This document shows positions 55,468-64,000 of a stretch of 64,000 bases of DNA, piece after piece. The stretch is from assembly GCF_021246445.1 (NCBI RefSeq), contig NZ_JAJQXW010000002.1, positions 62,001 through 126,000 of the forward strand, in the 5' to 3' direction. Position 1 is the stretch's first letter, and each line of letters starts with the position of its first letter. The notes below the pieces were generated by a model. It made no database searches. It was not told the origin of the DNA and saw only the letters and a program-made list of their open reading frames with translations. The stretch is from Rhabdothermincola salaria (GTDB taxonomy: Bacteria; Actinomycetota; Acidimicrobiia; Acidimicrobiales; Acidimicrobilacustridaceae). The translations under genes and the position numbers were made by a program.

Positions 55468-57852
55468 TCAGTTGGGGATGCGCATCGGCGGGTCGCTGTC
55501 GGCGCCGACGCCGCGGCGGAGCGGCTCTCGCCCCACCGGCGGCGTCACGACCCGATCGGCCGCACGGGGCCGCAGCGGGCGCTCCAGCGGCAGCCCGTGG
55601 GTCACGGTCACCAGCTCACCGGCGTGGAGGAACTCGAGCGGCAGCCCGTCGAGCAGGCGGTAGCGGACGAGATCCGGCTCGATGACCACCTCCAGACGTC
55701 GCCCCCGGTACACCAGGCGGAACGTCATGCGTTCGAGCGGAGCCGGGAGGCACGGATCGAAGCGCAGGATGGGCCCGTGGTCACGCATCCCCCCGAAGCC
55801 GGCCACCACCGCCAACCATCCTCCGGCCAGAGCCGCCAGGTGGAGACCGTCGTCGGTGTTGCCGGCCACGTCGCGCAGGTCGACCAGGGCGCTCTCGCGG
55901 AGGTAGTCGTAGGCCAGGTCGACGTGGCCCACCTCGGCGGCCACGATCGCCTGGATGCACGCCGAGAGCGACGAGTCGCGCACGGTGATGGTCTCGTAGA
56001 AGGCGAAGTCCCGGGCCTTCTGCTCGTCGTCGAAGTGGTCGCCGCACGTGTACAGGGCGAAGACCAGGTCGGCCTGCTTCACGACCTGGCTGGAGTACAG
56101 CAGGTAGTAGGGGTAGTGCAACAGCAGCGGGAAGTACTCCGGGTCGGTGCCCGCGAAGTCCCAGCGCCGGTAGCGGGTGAACCCCTCCGACTGCGCCGTC
56201 ACCCCCAGCTCCTCGTCGTAGGGCACGACGATCGCATCGGCCGCCTCGCACCAGGCCTGCACCTCGTCCTCGTCGACCCCGAGCTCCGCGGCGCGGTAGG
56301 GGTGGCGGCTGGCCACCTCGGCGGCGGCGCGCAGGTTCCGGGCGGCCATGAGGTTGGTGAAGGTGTTGTTGTCGACGAGCGCGGTGTACTCGTCGGGGCC
56401 GGTGACCCCGTCGATGCGGAAGCAGCCGGACGCGTCGTGGTGGCCGAGGGATCGCCACAGCCGGGCCGTCTCCACCAAGAGGTCGAGGCCGGGACCTCGC
56501 TCGAAGTCGTTGTCGCCCGTGGCGCCGACGTAGCGCCGCACCGCATCGGCGACCCCGGCGTTGAGGTGGAAGGCGGCGGTGCCCGCCGGCCAGTAGCCCG
56601 AGCACTCCTCGCCCCGGATCGTCCGCCACGGGAACGCCGCCCCGTCGAGGCCCAGCTCCTCGGCCCGAGCCCGTCCCTGGGGCAGGATCGAGTGGCGCCA
56701 CAGGAGGGCGTCGCGAGCGACGTCCGGAGTGGCGTAGCTCAGGACCCGCAAGAGATAGGTATCCATGTCCCAGAAGGAGTGGCCGTCGTAGCCCCGACCG
56801 GTGAGGCCCTTGGCGGGTATGGCCCGGCGCTCCGCCCTGGCGGCCGACTGGACCACCTGGAAGATCCCGAAGCGCAGGGCCTGCTGCAGCTCGGGGTCGC
56901 CCTCGACCTCGATGTCGGCGCGATCCCACACGTCGTCGAGGAAGTCTCGCTGGGCCAGGCGCAGCCCCTCCCACCCACTGCGCTTGGCGGCCTCGACAGC
57001 GGCATCGACCTGGTCGCGCAGCGCCGGCATGGAGCGCTGGCTCGACCAGCCGTAGGCGACGAACTTGACCACCGAGAGGGTCTGGCCCGGTTCGAGCTCG
57101 GTGCTCACCGTGACGCGAGCCAGATCGGGGTCGCTCTCGGAGGCGGTGACCGTGCCCGACGGCCCGTCGATCACGTGGTCCATGCCGGCCGCCATGAGCA
57201 GCCCACTGGCCCGCGTGCGGTGCCCGAGGGCTGCCTCGAGGTCGTGGTGGGTGTGGTACTCCCCGACGAGCGGCGCCCGCAGAGCGGCCGCGGCACGCGG
57301 GTCGGCCACCTGATCGGGCACCGGCTCGTTGGCCACCAGGGTGGACTGCACGACGATGCGCAGCGGCTGATCGAGGGCCTGCACCTCGTACTGGATGGCC
57401 ACGACGGCCCGGTGCGAGAACGAGACGAGGCGGGTGGAGTGGACCCGCACCCGCTTGCCGGCAGGGGACCGCCACTCGACGAGTCGGCGCAGGACGCCGT
57501 CGCGCATGTCGAGGCTGCGCTCGTGGCGCTCGAGCTCGCCGTGGCGCACGTCGAAGGGCTCGTCGTCGACCAGCAGCCGCAGGAGCTTGCCGTTGGTCAC
57601 GTTGATGAGCGTCTGGCCCTCTTCGGGATAGCCGTAGCCACCCTCGGCGTAGGGCAGCGGGAGCGTCTCGAAGAAGGCGTTCAGGTACGTGCCCGGCGTG
57701 CCGTGCGGCTCGCCCTCGTCGAGGTTGCCCCGTATGCCCACGTGACCGTTGGACAGGGCGAAGATCGACTCCGTCTGGGCGAGGTGGTCGAAGGTGAGCT
57801 GTCGCTCGGTGATCGACCACGGCTCCACCTGGAACACTTCGGCGTCGATCAC
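55468..57852 (-). CDS. Glycoside hydrolase family 65 (trehalose/maltose/kojibiose phosphorylase-like)
   Basis: ESIFALSNG, AKGLTG-GYDGHSFWD, GPDEY, KQAD, DSSLS. Confidence 0.93.
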   Translation of the reverse strand: MIDAEVFQVEPWSITERQLTFDHLAQTESIFALSNGHVGIRGNLDEGEPHGTPGTYLNAFFETLPLPYAEGGYGYPEEGQTLINVTNGKLLRLLVDDEPFDVRHGELERHERSLDMRDGVLRRLVEWRSPAGKRVRVHSTRLVSFSHRAVVAIQYEVQALDQPLRIVVQSTLVANEPVPDQVADPRAAAALRAPLVGEYHTHHDLEAALGHRTRASGLLMAAGMDHVIDGPSGTVTASESDPDLARVTVSTELEPGQTLSVVKFVAYGWSSQRSMPALRDQVDAAVEAAKRSGWEGLRLAQRDFLDDVWDRADIEVEGDPELQQALRFGIFQVVQSAARAERRAIPAKGLTGRGYDGHSFWDMDTYLLRVLSYATPDVARDALLWRHSILPQGRARAEELGLDGAAFPWRTIRGEECSGYWPAGTAAFHLNAGVADAVRRYVGATGDNDFERGPGLDLLVETARLWRSLGHHDASGCFRIDGVTGPDEYTALVDNNTFTNLMAARNLRAAAEVASRHPYRAAELGVDEDEVQAWCEAADAIVVPYDEELGVTAQSEGFTRYRRWDFAGTDPEYFPLLLHYPYYLLYSSQVVKQADLVFALYTCGDHFDDEQKARDFAFYETITVRDSSLSACIQAIVAAEVGHVDLAYDYLRESALVDLRDVAGNTDDGLHLAALAGGWLAVVAGFGGMRDHGPILRFDPCLPAPLERMTFRLVYRGRRLEVVIEPDLVRYRLLDGLPLEFLHAGELVTVTHGLPLERPLRPRAADRVVTPPVGREPLRRGVGADSDPPMRIPN

Positions 57853-57972
57853 ACTGCCTCCACGGCCGTCGCGGGTCAGCGACCGACGCTAGCGCCGCCC
57901 AACCCCCGCGAGCGCCACCCTCGCGTCGGCACCTCGACCCGGCGCCGAGGCGACGTGCGGTAGAACGGTCCG

Positions 57973-59046
57973 GTGACCTCCCCCGACGACGACCTGACGA
58001 CCCTGGCCACGTGGTTGGAGCCGCGGCTGGGCGACGCCCGTGATCTGCGCCTCGAGGCCGCCGGCAAGCCGAGCAGCGGCTTCTCCGCCGAGACGACGAT
58101 CCTCTCCGCCACCTGGACCGGTCCGGACGGCGCGCGGTCGGAGCGCCTCGTGCTGCGCCGGGAGACGCCGGACCCGCCGGTCTACCCCACACAGGTTCCC
58201 GGCCTCACCACCGAGGTCGACATCCAGTACCGCGTGATGGAGGCGCTGTCCCGGGCCGGCACCGTGCCCATCGCTCCCCTCCACGGCTACGAAGCCGACC
58301 CCGCGGTCCTCGGGGCGCCCTTCTTCGTGATGGGCTTCGTCGACGGGGTGGTGCCCATCGAGTCGCCCATGTACACCCTCGAGGGGTTCTTCACCGAGCT
58401 CGCCCCTGATCGTCGCCGGGTCATGCTCGACGCCGGGATGGCCGCCATGGCGGCCGTGCACGCGATCGACTGGCGCGGCGCCGGCCTCGACTGGTTGCTC
58501 GCCCCCGGCGCCTCCCCCGACACCACCCACCAACTCGACCTGTGGGAGGCCTACGGCGAGCGCGAGCTGGCCGGGCGCCACCACCCGGTGTGGGAACGGG
58601 GCCTGGCCTGGCTGAAGGCCGACGTGCCCGCCGGTTCGACCCCGGCGCTGTGCTGGGGCGACCCCCGCCCCGGCAACGTGATCTGGCGCGACGAGCAGCC
58701 CATCTGCCTCACCGACTTCGAGGCGGCCTGCCTCGCGCCACCCGAGGTCGACCTCGGCTGGTGGCTGATGTCGGATCGCTGGGCCCACGAGATCTCCGGG
58801 GTCGAGCGCCTCGACGGCGAGCCCACCCGCGCCCAGCAGACCGCCGCCTACGAGGCCGCCGCCGGCCGTTCGGTCGGCGGCACCACCTGGTGGGAGGTCT
58901 TCGCCGCGATGCGCTACACGGCGATCGTCGTGCGGGTCATGAACCGCATGGTCGACCGCGGGCACCTGCCGGCCGACCAGACCATCTGGCTGGAGAACCC
59001 GGCGGCCGCCTGCCTGGCCCACCTCCTCGAGGAGATCGACGCATGA
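57973..59046 (+). CDS. APH/ACAD10-like phosphotransferase family protein
   Basis: GFSAET, LGAPFFVM, WGDPRPGN, DFE, DLGW. Confidence 0.87.
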   Translation: MTSPDDDLTTLATWLEPRLGDARDLRLEAAGKPSSGFSAETTILSATWTGPDGARSERLVLRRETPDPPVYPTQVPGLTTEVDIQYRVMEALSRAGTVPIAPLHGYEADPAVLGAPFFVMGFVDGVVPIESPMYTLEGFFTELAPDRRRVMLDAGMAAMAAVHAIDWRGAGLDWLLAPGASPDTTHQLDLWEAYGERELAGRHHPVWERGLAWLKADVPAGSTPALCWGDPRPGNVIWRDEQPICLTDFEAACLAPPEVDLGWWLMSDRWAHEISGVERLDGEPTRAQQTAAYEAAAGRSVGGTTWWEVFAAMRYTAIVVRVMNRMVDRGHLPADQTIWLENPAAACLAHLLEEIDA

Positions 59047-60044
59047 GCACCGACCCCGCCCCCGGCACCATCCCCGACCACATCCCGGCCGCCACCGGCG
59101 AGGTGACCGCCGCCGACGACGACTTCCACCCGCCGACCACCGACGACCCGTTCTGGACCGAGACCTGCTGGTTCACCTTCACGGTCCCCGAACGCCGGCT
59201 GTCGGGTCAGCTCTACCCGTTCTTCCGACGCAACCAGGGCGTGATGTCCGCCGGTGTGTACGTCTGGGACGAGACCGGCCACGAGCTGTGGAACTGCCGC
59301 TACGCCAAGAACTTCTGGCACCTGCCCATCCCCGACGCCCCGCTCACCGACATCGAGATGCCCAACGGCATGCACTACCGCACCGTCGAGCCGCTGCAGC
59401 GCTACGAGCTGAACTTCGACGATCCCGACGCCGACGACCTGCACATCGCCCTGACCTTCGACGCGGTGGCCCGGCCCAACCTCCTGGGCAGCTCCCACCT
59501 CGACCAGCCCGGGCGCTACACCGGCACCATGACCCTCGACGGGGACACCTTCGCCGTCGACAGCTACGGGTTCCGGGACCGCTCGTGGGGGCCGCGCTCG
59601 CAGTTCGGCGACAGCCTGCACGGCGCCACCAACGGCGGGTACTCCTACGCCACCGCCTCCCCGACCGACGGCTTCCACGCCATCACCATGAACTACAGCG
59701 GCGATCCCTCGTCGGCCGATGGGTGCATCGGCATCCACGGCTACGTCATCCGCGACGGCGAGTGGGCCAGGCTCACGGGGGCGCGGCGCGAGGTGGTCGA
59801 GCGCGACACCGACACGGGCTTCCCGCGTCGCGTCCACCTCGACATCACCGACGAGCTCGGCCGGGAGCTGCACGCCGAAGGTCGCTGCCTCAACCAACTG
59901 GCGTTCCCCATCAACCCCAACCTGTTCACGGTGAACTGCCTCACGGAGTGGACCTTCGACGGGCTCACCGCCCACGGCGAGGACCACGACAACTGGTCGG
60001 CGGCCTCCATCCGTCGCTTCAACCGGTCCCGTCGCTCGACCTGA
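59043..60044 (+). CDS. Conserved actinobacterial beta-rich protein (DUF7064/7065-like, RDRSWG motif)
   Basis: WTETCWF, HLDQ, RDRSWGPR; ATGA overlap with the phosphotransferase. Confidence 0.7.
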   Translation: MSTDPAPGTIPDHIPAATGEVTAADDDFHPPTTDDPFWTETCWFTFTVPERRLSGQLYPFFRRNQGVMSAGVYVWDETGHELWNCRYAKNFWHLPIPDAPLTDIEMPNGMHYRTVEPLQRYELNFDDPDADDLHIALTFDAVARPNLLGSSHLDQPGRYTGTMTLDGDTFAVDSYGFRDRSWGPRSQFGDSLHGATNGGYSYATASPTDGFHAITMNYSGDPSSADGCIGIHGYVIRDGEWARLTGARREVVERDTDTGFPRRVHLDITDELGRELHAEGRCLNQLAFPINPNLFTVNCLTEWTFDGLTAHGEDHDNWSAASIRRFNRSRRST

Positions 60045-60284
60045 GGTCACCGCTCCGAGGTCGAGCGGTCCGAGGCCGGCCCCGCCGGGCGCGCCGCCTC
60101 GTCACGGCCGGCCACAAAACAGGACGGGTTCTGTCCCACGGGCACGGTAGGTTGCGACGCCCAGCCGGATCCCTCGCCGACGTCGCTCCCATGGCCCGAT
60201 GTCGCGTGGGCACGAGACCGCGCCGAGCTGGCACCCCCCGCCCGGACCGATGAGTTCGGACCTCTGGACCAGTCGGAGTCGAAC

Positions 60285-61274
60285 ATGAACCAATCCCCCT
60301 ACGCCGTGGAGGCCGTCGGCCTCACCAAGCGCTTCGGTGACACCGAGGCCCTGCGAGGCGTCGACCTCGCGGTCGAACCCGGCACCGTGCTGGGGCTGCT
60401 CGGGCCCAACGGCGCCGGCAAGACCACCACCGTGCGCATCCTCACCACGCTGCTCCGTCCGGATTCCGGGCGCGCCGTCATCGACGGCATCGACGTGGTG
60501 GCCGAACCACGGCGGGTGCGCGCCCGCATCGGCCTCACCGGCCAGTACGCCGCGGTCGACGAACGCCTCACCGGCGCCGAGAACCTCGAGCACGTCGGCC
60601 GCCTCTACCACCTGTCGGTGCCCGAAGCCCGCCGCCGCGGCACCGACCTGCTCGAGCGCTTCGACCTCGCCGACGCGGCCGGCCGCCAGGTCAAGGGCTA
60701 CTCGGGCGGCATGCGCCGACGCCTCGACATCGCCATGAGCCTCATCTCGCGACCGGCCGTGCTCTTCCTCGACGAGCCCACCACGGGCCTCGACCCCCGC
60801 AGCCGCCTCGGCATGTGGGAGGTCATCGACGAGCTGGTGGCCGAGGGCACCACCACGTTGCTCACCACCCAGTACCTCGACGAGGCCGAGCGCCTGGCCA
60901 AGGACATCGTGGTCATCGACCACGGCACCGTGATCGCCCAGGGCACCTCCACCGAGCTCAAGTCGCAGTTCGGCGGCGAACGGCTCGAGGTCACGCTGGC
61001 CGACTCGGGCGACGTGGCCCGCACCGCCGAGCTCCTCCAGCACCGCTCGGTCGGCGCCGAGACCATCGACCCGGAGTCGCGCACCGTGGCCATCGGCGTC
61101 ACCGACACCCACGGCATCGTCCCCCAGGTCGTCCGCCTCCTCGACGACCAGGGCATCGAGGTCCTCGACGTGGTGCTGCGCCACCCGACCCTCGACGACG
61201 TCTTCCTCCAGCTCACCGGCCGCCCGGCCGACGAGCCCGCCGACGACCCCACCCCTGCGGGAGCCACCCGATGA
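60285..61274 (+). CDS. DrrA-type ABC transporter ATP-binding protein
   Basis: GPNGAGKT, YSGGMRRR, LDEPTTGLDP, TTQYLDEA. Confidence 0.93.
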   Translation: MNQSPYAVEAVGLTKRFGDTEALRGVDLAVEPGTVLGLLGPNGAGKTTTVRILTTLLRPDSGRAVIDGIDVVAEPRRVRARIGLTGQYAAVDERLTGAENLEHVGRLYHLSVPEARRRGTDLLERFDLADAAGRQVKGYSGGMRRRLDIAMSLISRPAVLFLDEPTTGLDPRSRLGMWEVIDELVAEGTTTLLTTQYLDEAERLAKDIVVIDHGTVIAQGTSTELKSQFGGERLEVTLADSGDVARTAELLQHRSVGAETIDPESRTVAIGVTDTHGIVPQVVRLLDDQGIEVLDVVLRHPTLDDVFLQLTGRPADEPADDPTPAGATR

Positions 61275-62125
61275 CCACCGACCTCACCCTCGACTCCGGC
61301 ACGGCGTCGCCGACGGCGGAGTCCGGCGATCTCACCCACGAGGTCCCCACCGGCCTCGTCTGGGCCTGGCGCGACAGCTGGACCGAGGCCATGCGCCACC
61401 TGCGCATCGTGCCTCGCAACCCGGACCTGCTGATCTTCGCCACCATCCAGCCGATCATGTTCGTGCTGCTGTTCAACTACGTGTTCGGCGGCGCCATCGG
61501 GGCCATCCCCGGCTACGACGACTACACGCAGTACCTGCTGCCCGGCGTGTTCGCCCAGACGGTGCTGTTCGGTTCGGCCTTCACCGGCATCGGCGTGGCC
61601 GAGGACATGACCAAGGGCATCATCGACCGCCTCCGGTCGCTGCCCATGTTCCAACCGGCGGTCCTGATCGGGCGCACGGTCTCCGACATCGTGCGCAACC
61701 TGTTCACCTTCGTGGTCATGCTCGTCGTCGGGTTGCTCATCGGGTTCCGCTTCGAGGGCGGGCTGGTCAACGCCCTGGGGGCCACGGTCCTGCTCCTCGG
61801 CTTCAGCTACGCCTTCTCGTGGGTCCAGGCCCTCATCGGCCTGTCGGTGAAGTCGGTCGAGGCGGCCAACTCCGCCGGGTTCATCTGGATGTTCCCCCTC
61901 ACGTTCATCTCGTCGGCGTTCGTGAGCACCGAGACGATGCCGGACTGGTTGGGCACCATCGCCGACTGGAACCCCTTCACCCAGCTCACCAACGCCGCCC
62001 GCGCCCTGTACAACGGCAACGATCCCGGCTCGGCGCTGTGGATCTCGATCGCGTGGGCCATCGGGATCACGGTGGTCTTCGCCACCCTGGCGTCGCGCAA
62101 GTACAGCCGCTCCGCCTCACGCTGA
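61271..62125 (+). CDS. DrrB-type ABC-2 permease
   Basis: QPIMFVLLF, GIIDRLRSLP, FISSAFV, WNP; six TM helices. Confidence 0.92.
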   Translation: MTTDLTLDSGTASPTAESGDLTHEVPTGLVWAWRDSWTEAMRHLRIVPRNPDLLIFATIQPIMFVLLFNYVFGGAIGAIPGYDDYTQYLLPGVFAQTVLFGSAFTGIGVAEDMTKGIIDRLRSLPMFQPAVLIGRTVSDIVRNLFTFVVMLVVGLLIGFRFEGGLVNALGATVLLLGFSYAFSWVQALIGLSVKSVEAANSAGFIWMFPLTFISSAFVSTETMPDWLGTIADWNPFTQLTNAARALYNGNDPGSALWISIAWAIGITVVFATLASRKYSRSASR

Positions 62126-62175
62126 CACCGGCGTCACCGGTCCGGCCGACGCCGTCGTCCACGCGGTCCCGCCAC

Positions 62176-62200
62176 GGCCCCCCGGCCTCGCCGGGGGGCC
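62176..62200 (+). terminator. GC-rich hairpin after the ABC operon
   Basis: GGCCCCCCGGC-CTC-GCCGGGGGGCC, no U-tract. Confidence 0.55.
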
Positions 62201-62556
62201 ATGGCGCGCCCGATGGCGCCCGAGAACCCCAGGCGCCGTTACACTGCACAGCGTCGGTCCGGCTCACCGTTGCGCGCCAGGGGTGCACCGGACCCGCCGA
62301 GCGCCGCCGAGCCCTGTGCTCCACGGTGGCTCGACCAGCCCCTCCGGGCCGGTCGAACTCCCCCGCCCCGATTCGGGCGAGACGGGAGGCCGGGCGACCA
62401 CATCCGATGCACGGCCGTTCACGTCGACGAGCGGCCCCCGGCCGGGGAGACCCTCCCGGCACCGGCCGGTCCACGCGCTGCCGGGGCGCGACGACGGGTC
62501 ACCGACCCGAACAGAACGGAACGACACGAGTGGACCACGCTGCGAGCACGGCCGTC

Positions 62557-64000
62557 ATGGGCGACGAGGACACGACCTCGTCGACGACCGCCGACGAGCA
62601 CCGATCCGACCTCACCCACCCCGAAGACCCGGACGCACCGCCGGCCGGACCGCCGGCCCCCCGGCCCCTCCGCGAGGTGTTGGCCGACGGGGACCTGGCG
62701 CGTGACCCCGCGTTCGTCGCCCTCGTCGAGGCCCACGCATGGGGTGAGGCCGACGAGGCCGGCACCGCCGAGCTCGAGGCCCGCCCCCAGGCCTGGCAGC
62801 GCACCCTCCTCGACCTGCTCCACGAGACCGACGACTCCCTCGTGGGCCTGCGTCGGGGCCGTGGCCCCGAGGTCGCCCAGGCCGTCGCCGACCTCGAGGG
62901 CGAGCAACAGCGCCTCGAACGTGTCCTGCACCGGCTCCTCGGCATCGCCGAACCCGAGTCCGTGTCCGCCGCGCCCGAGTCTCTCGTGGGCCCGGTCGTG
63001 CTCCAGCTCACGTGGGCCGATCGCAAGCTCGTCGCCTGGGCCGGCGGACCCGGCCAGGACCCGGTCGATCGCGCCGGTCTCGACGACGCCCTGGCGGCCA
63101 CGGCCGCGCCACCGGTGTGGGGCGACCGGGCCCCGCTGCAGCTCCCCGACGGCTCCGGCCGCTCGGCATCGGTCGAGTCGCAGGTCGGCGCCGTGCTGGG
63201 GTGGCTGCTGGCCGACTGCACCGACACCGACGTCCCCGGCCTCGGCCCCAGCGCCCGCTGGCTCGGCCACGTCGCCGCCTGGGCCGTCGAGCTCGTGGCC
63301 CACGGCGCCATGGTCCCCCACGTGCGCCGCCTGCACCGCAAGAGCCGCCAGAAGCCCTCCTACGTCGTCACCTGGACCCCGTCGCTCGTCGACGCCGAGC
63401 GCCTGCGGCGCACCGCCGAGGCCATGCCCGGTGCCGTCAGCGTGCTCAGCCCCGGGGTCGACGCCGCCACCGTCACCCGGGCCGTGCTGGCCGAGGTCGT
63501 CGACGTCGTGTGCCACGACGCCGCCAAGCGGGTCGAGGTGCCCGCCGTCCCGCCCGACATCCGCAATCCCGGCGAGCTGGCCGAGACCGTCATCGGCCAC
63601 CTCGACGGCTCTTCCTTCGAAGCCCCCGCCGGCCTGGTCGGCGACCTGACCAACGCCCTCGACCGGTGGTCGTCACCGGTCACCTCCAAGGCCTACCGCC
63701 CCCTCGTGCTCAAGCTCGAGGCCCCCGACTCCGGCAACGCCTGGGACCTGGCGGTGTTCGCCCAGGGCTCGAACCAGCGCCTCACCCCCGTCGAGGTGGC
63801 CCTGGTCAACGCCGGCAACCAACGGCGCGAGATGGAGGCCAACCTGGTGCGCCTCGAGCGCCTCTTCGACCCGCTCACCCGCCCCGGCGGCCTGCGGCGG
63901 GGCGAGGTCGTGCTCAGCCAGGAAGAGGCCTGGGACCTCATGACCGTGACCGGTCCGATCCTGCGCGACGCCGGCTTCGACGTGCGCGTGCCGGCCCTCT
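62557..64000 (+). CDS. SNF2-family helicase (HelZ/DUF3670-like), N-terminal part, truncated by the window edge (absent from the ORF track)
   Basis: Open frame from ATG 62557 (or GTG 62530): ...AVELVAHGAMVP...EAMP...LVLKLEAP...WDL...LSQEEAWDLM...LRDAGFDVRVP; helicase motifs lie outside the window. Confidence 0.75.
   Translation, partial: MGDEDTTSSTTADEHRSDLTHPEDPDAPPAGPPAPRPLREVLADGDLARDPAFVALVEAHAWGEADEAGTAELEARPQAWQRTLLDLLHETDDSLVGLRRGRGPEVAQAVADLEGEQQRLERVLHRLLGIAEPESVSAAPESLVGPVVLQLTWADRKLVAWAGGPGQDPVDRAGLDDALAATAAPPVWGDRAPLQLPDGSGRSASVESQVGAVLGWLLADCTDTDVPGLGPSARWLGHVAAWAVELVAHGAMVPHVRRLHRKSRQKPSYVVTWTPSLVDAERLRRTAEAMPGAVSVLSPGVDAATVTRAVLAEVVDVVCHDAAKRVEVPAVPPDIRNPGELAETVIGHLDGSSFEAPAGLVGDLTNALDRWSSPVTSKAYRPLVLKLEAPDSGNAWDLAVFAQGSNQRLTPVEVALVNAGNQRREMEANLVRLERLFDPLTRPGGLRRGEVVLSQEEAWDLMTVTGPILRDAGFDVRVPAL

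Noticed and set aside
52026..62125. Antibiotic biosynthetic cluster (SARP, APH, DrrAB)
   Set aside because: No PKS, NRPS, RiPP or other core biosynthetic gene; these families are widespread outside such clusters.

Overview
High-GC (visually about 70% or more) actinobacterial chromosomal DNA, most consistent with class Acidimicrobiia (inferred from gene content and Thr-rich secreted tails). No CRISPR array, rRNA, transposase or integrase is visible. (i) 1-18.8 kb is a CoA-dependent catabolic island resembling steroid/lipid/aromatic pathways. It has four Amidohydro_2 paralogues, two CoA ligases (one FadD3-like), a KshA-like Rieske oxygenase, a Cys-less thiolase plus DUF35 pair, crotonases, SDRs, a class II aldolase, an alpha/beta hydrolase, a MarR regulator, a signal-peptide-less LivJ-like binding protein and an orphan MerE-like membrane protein with a CsoR-like operator. 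(ii) 18.8-37.8 kb holds mixed housekeeping/accessory genes: PAS-GGDEF, cfa, MDMPI, htpX, a P-type ATPase under a yybP-ykoY riboswitch, GH15, zwf, fadD/fadA and an OYE flavoprotein. (iii) 38-46.4 kb is the conserved, usually oriC-proximal crgA-trpG-pknB-pbpA-rodA-pstP-fhaB-fhaA-tRNA-Leu(CAG) cluster, without pknA and with a DnaA-box pair beside it. (iv) 46.4-64 kb has a 1.3-kb repeat-bounded insert behind the tRNA, a nitrilase-family enzyme, an amine dehydrogenase-like protein, an MFS/pseudo-hydrolase fusion, a STAND-ATPase regulator with a C-terminal wHTH-BTAD module, a GH65, an APH-like kinase pair, a DrrAB-type ABC exporter and the 5' part of a SNF2 helicase. Start codons were chosen by eye from RBS or -10 context and may be off by a few codons. 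All functional calls come from motif recognition, not database searches.
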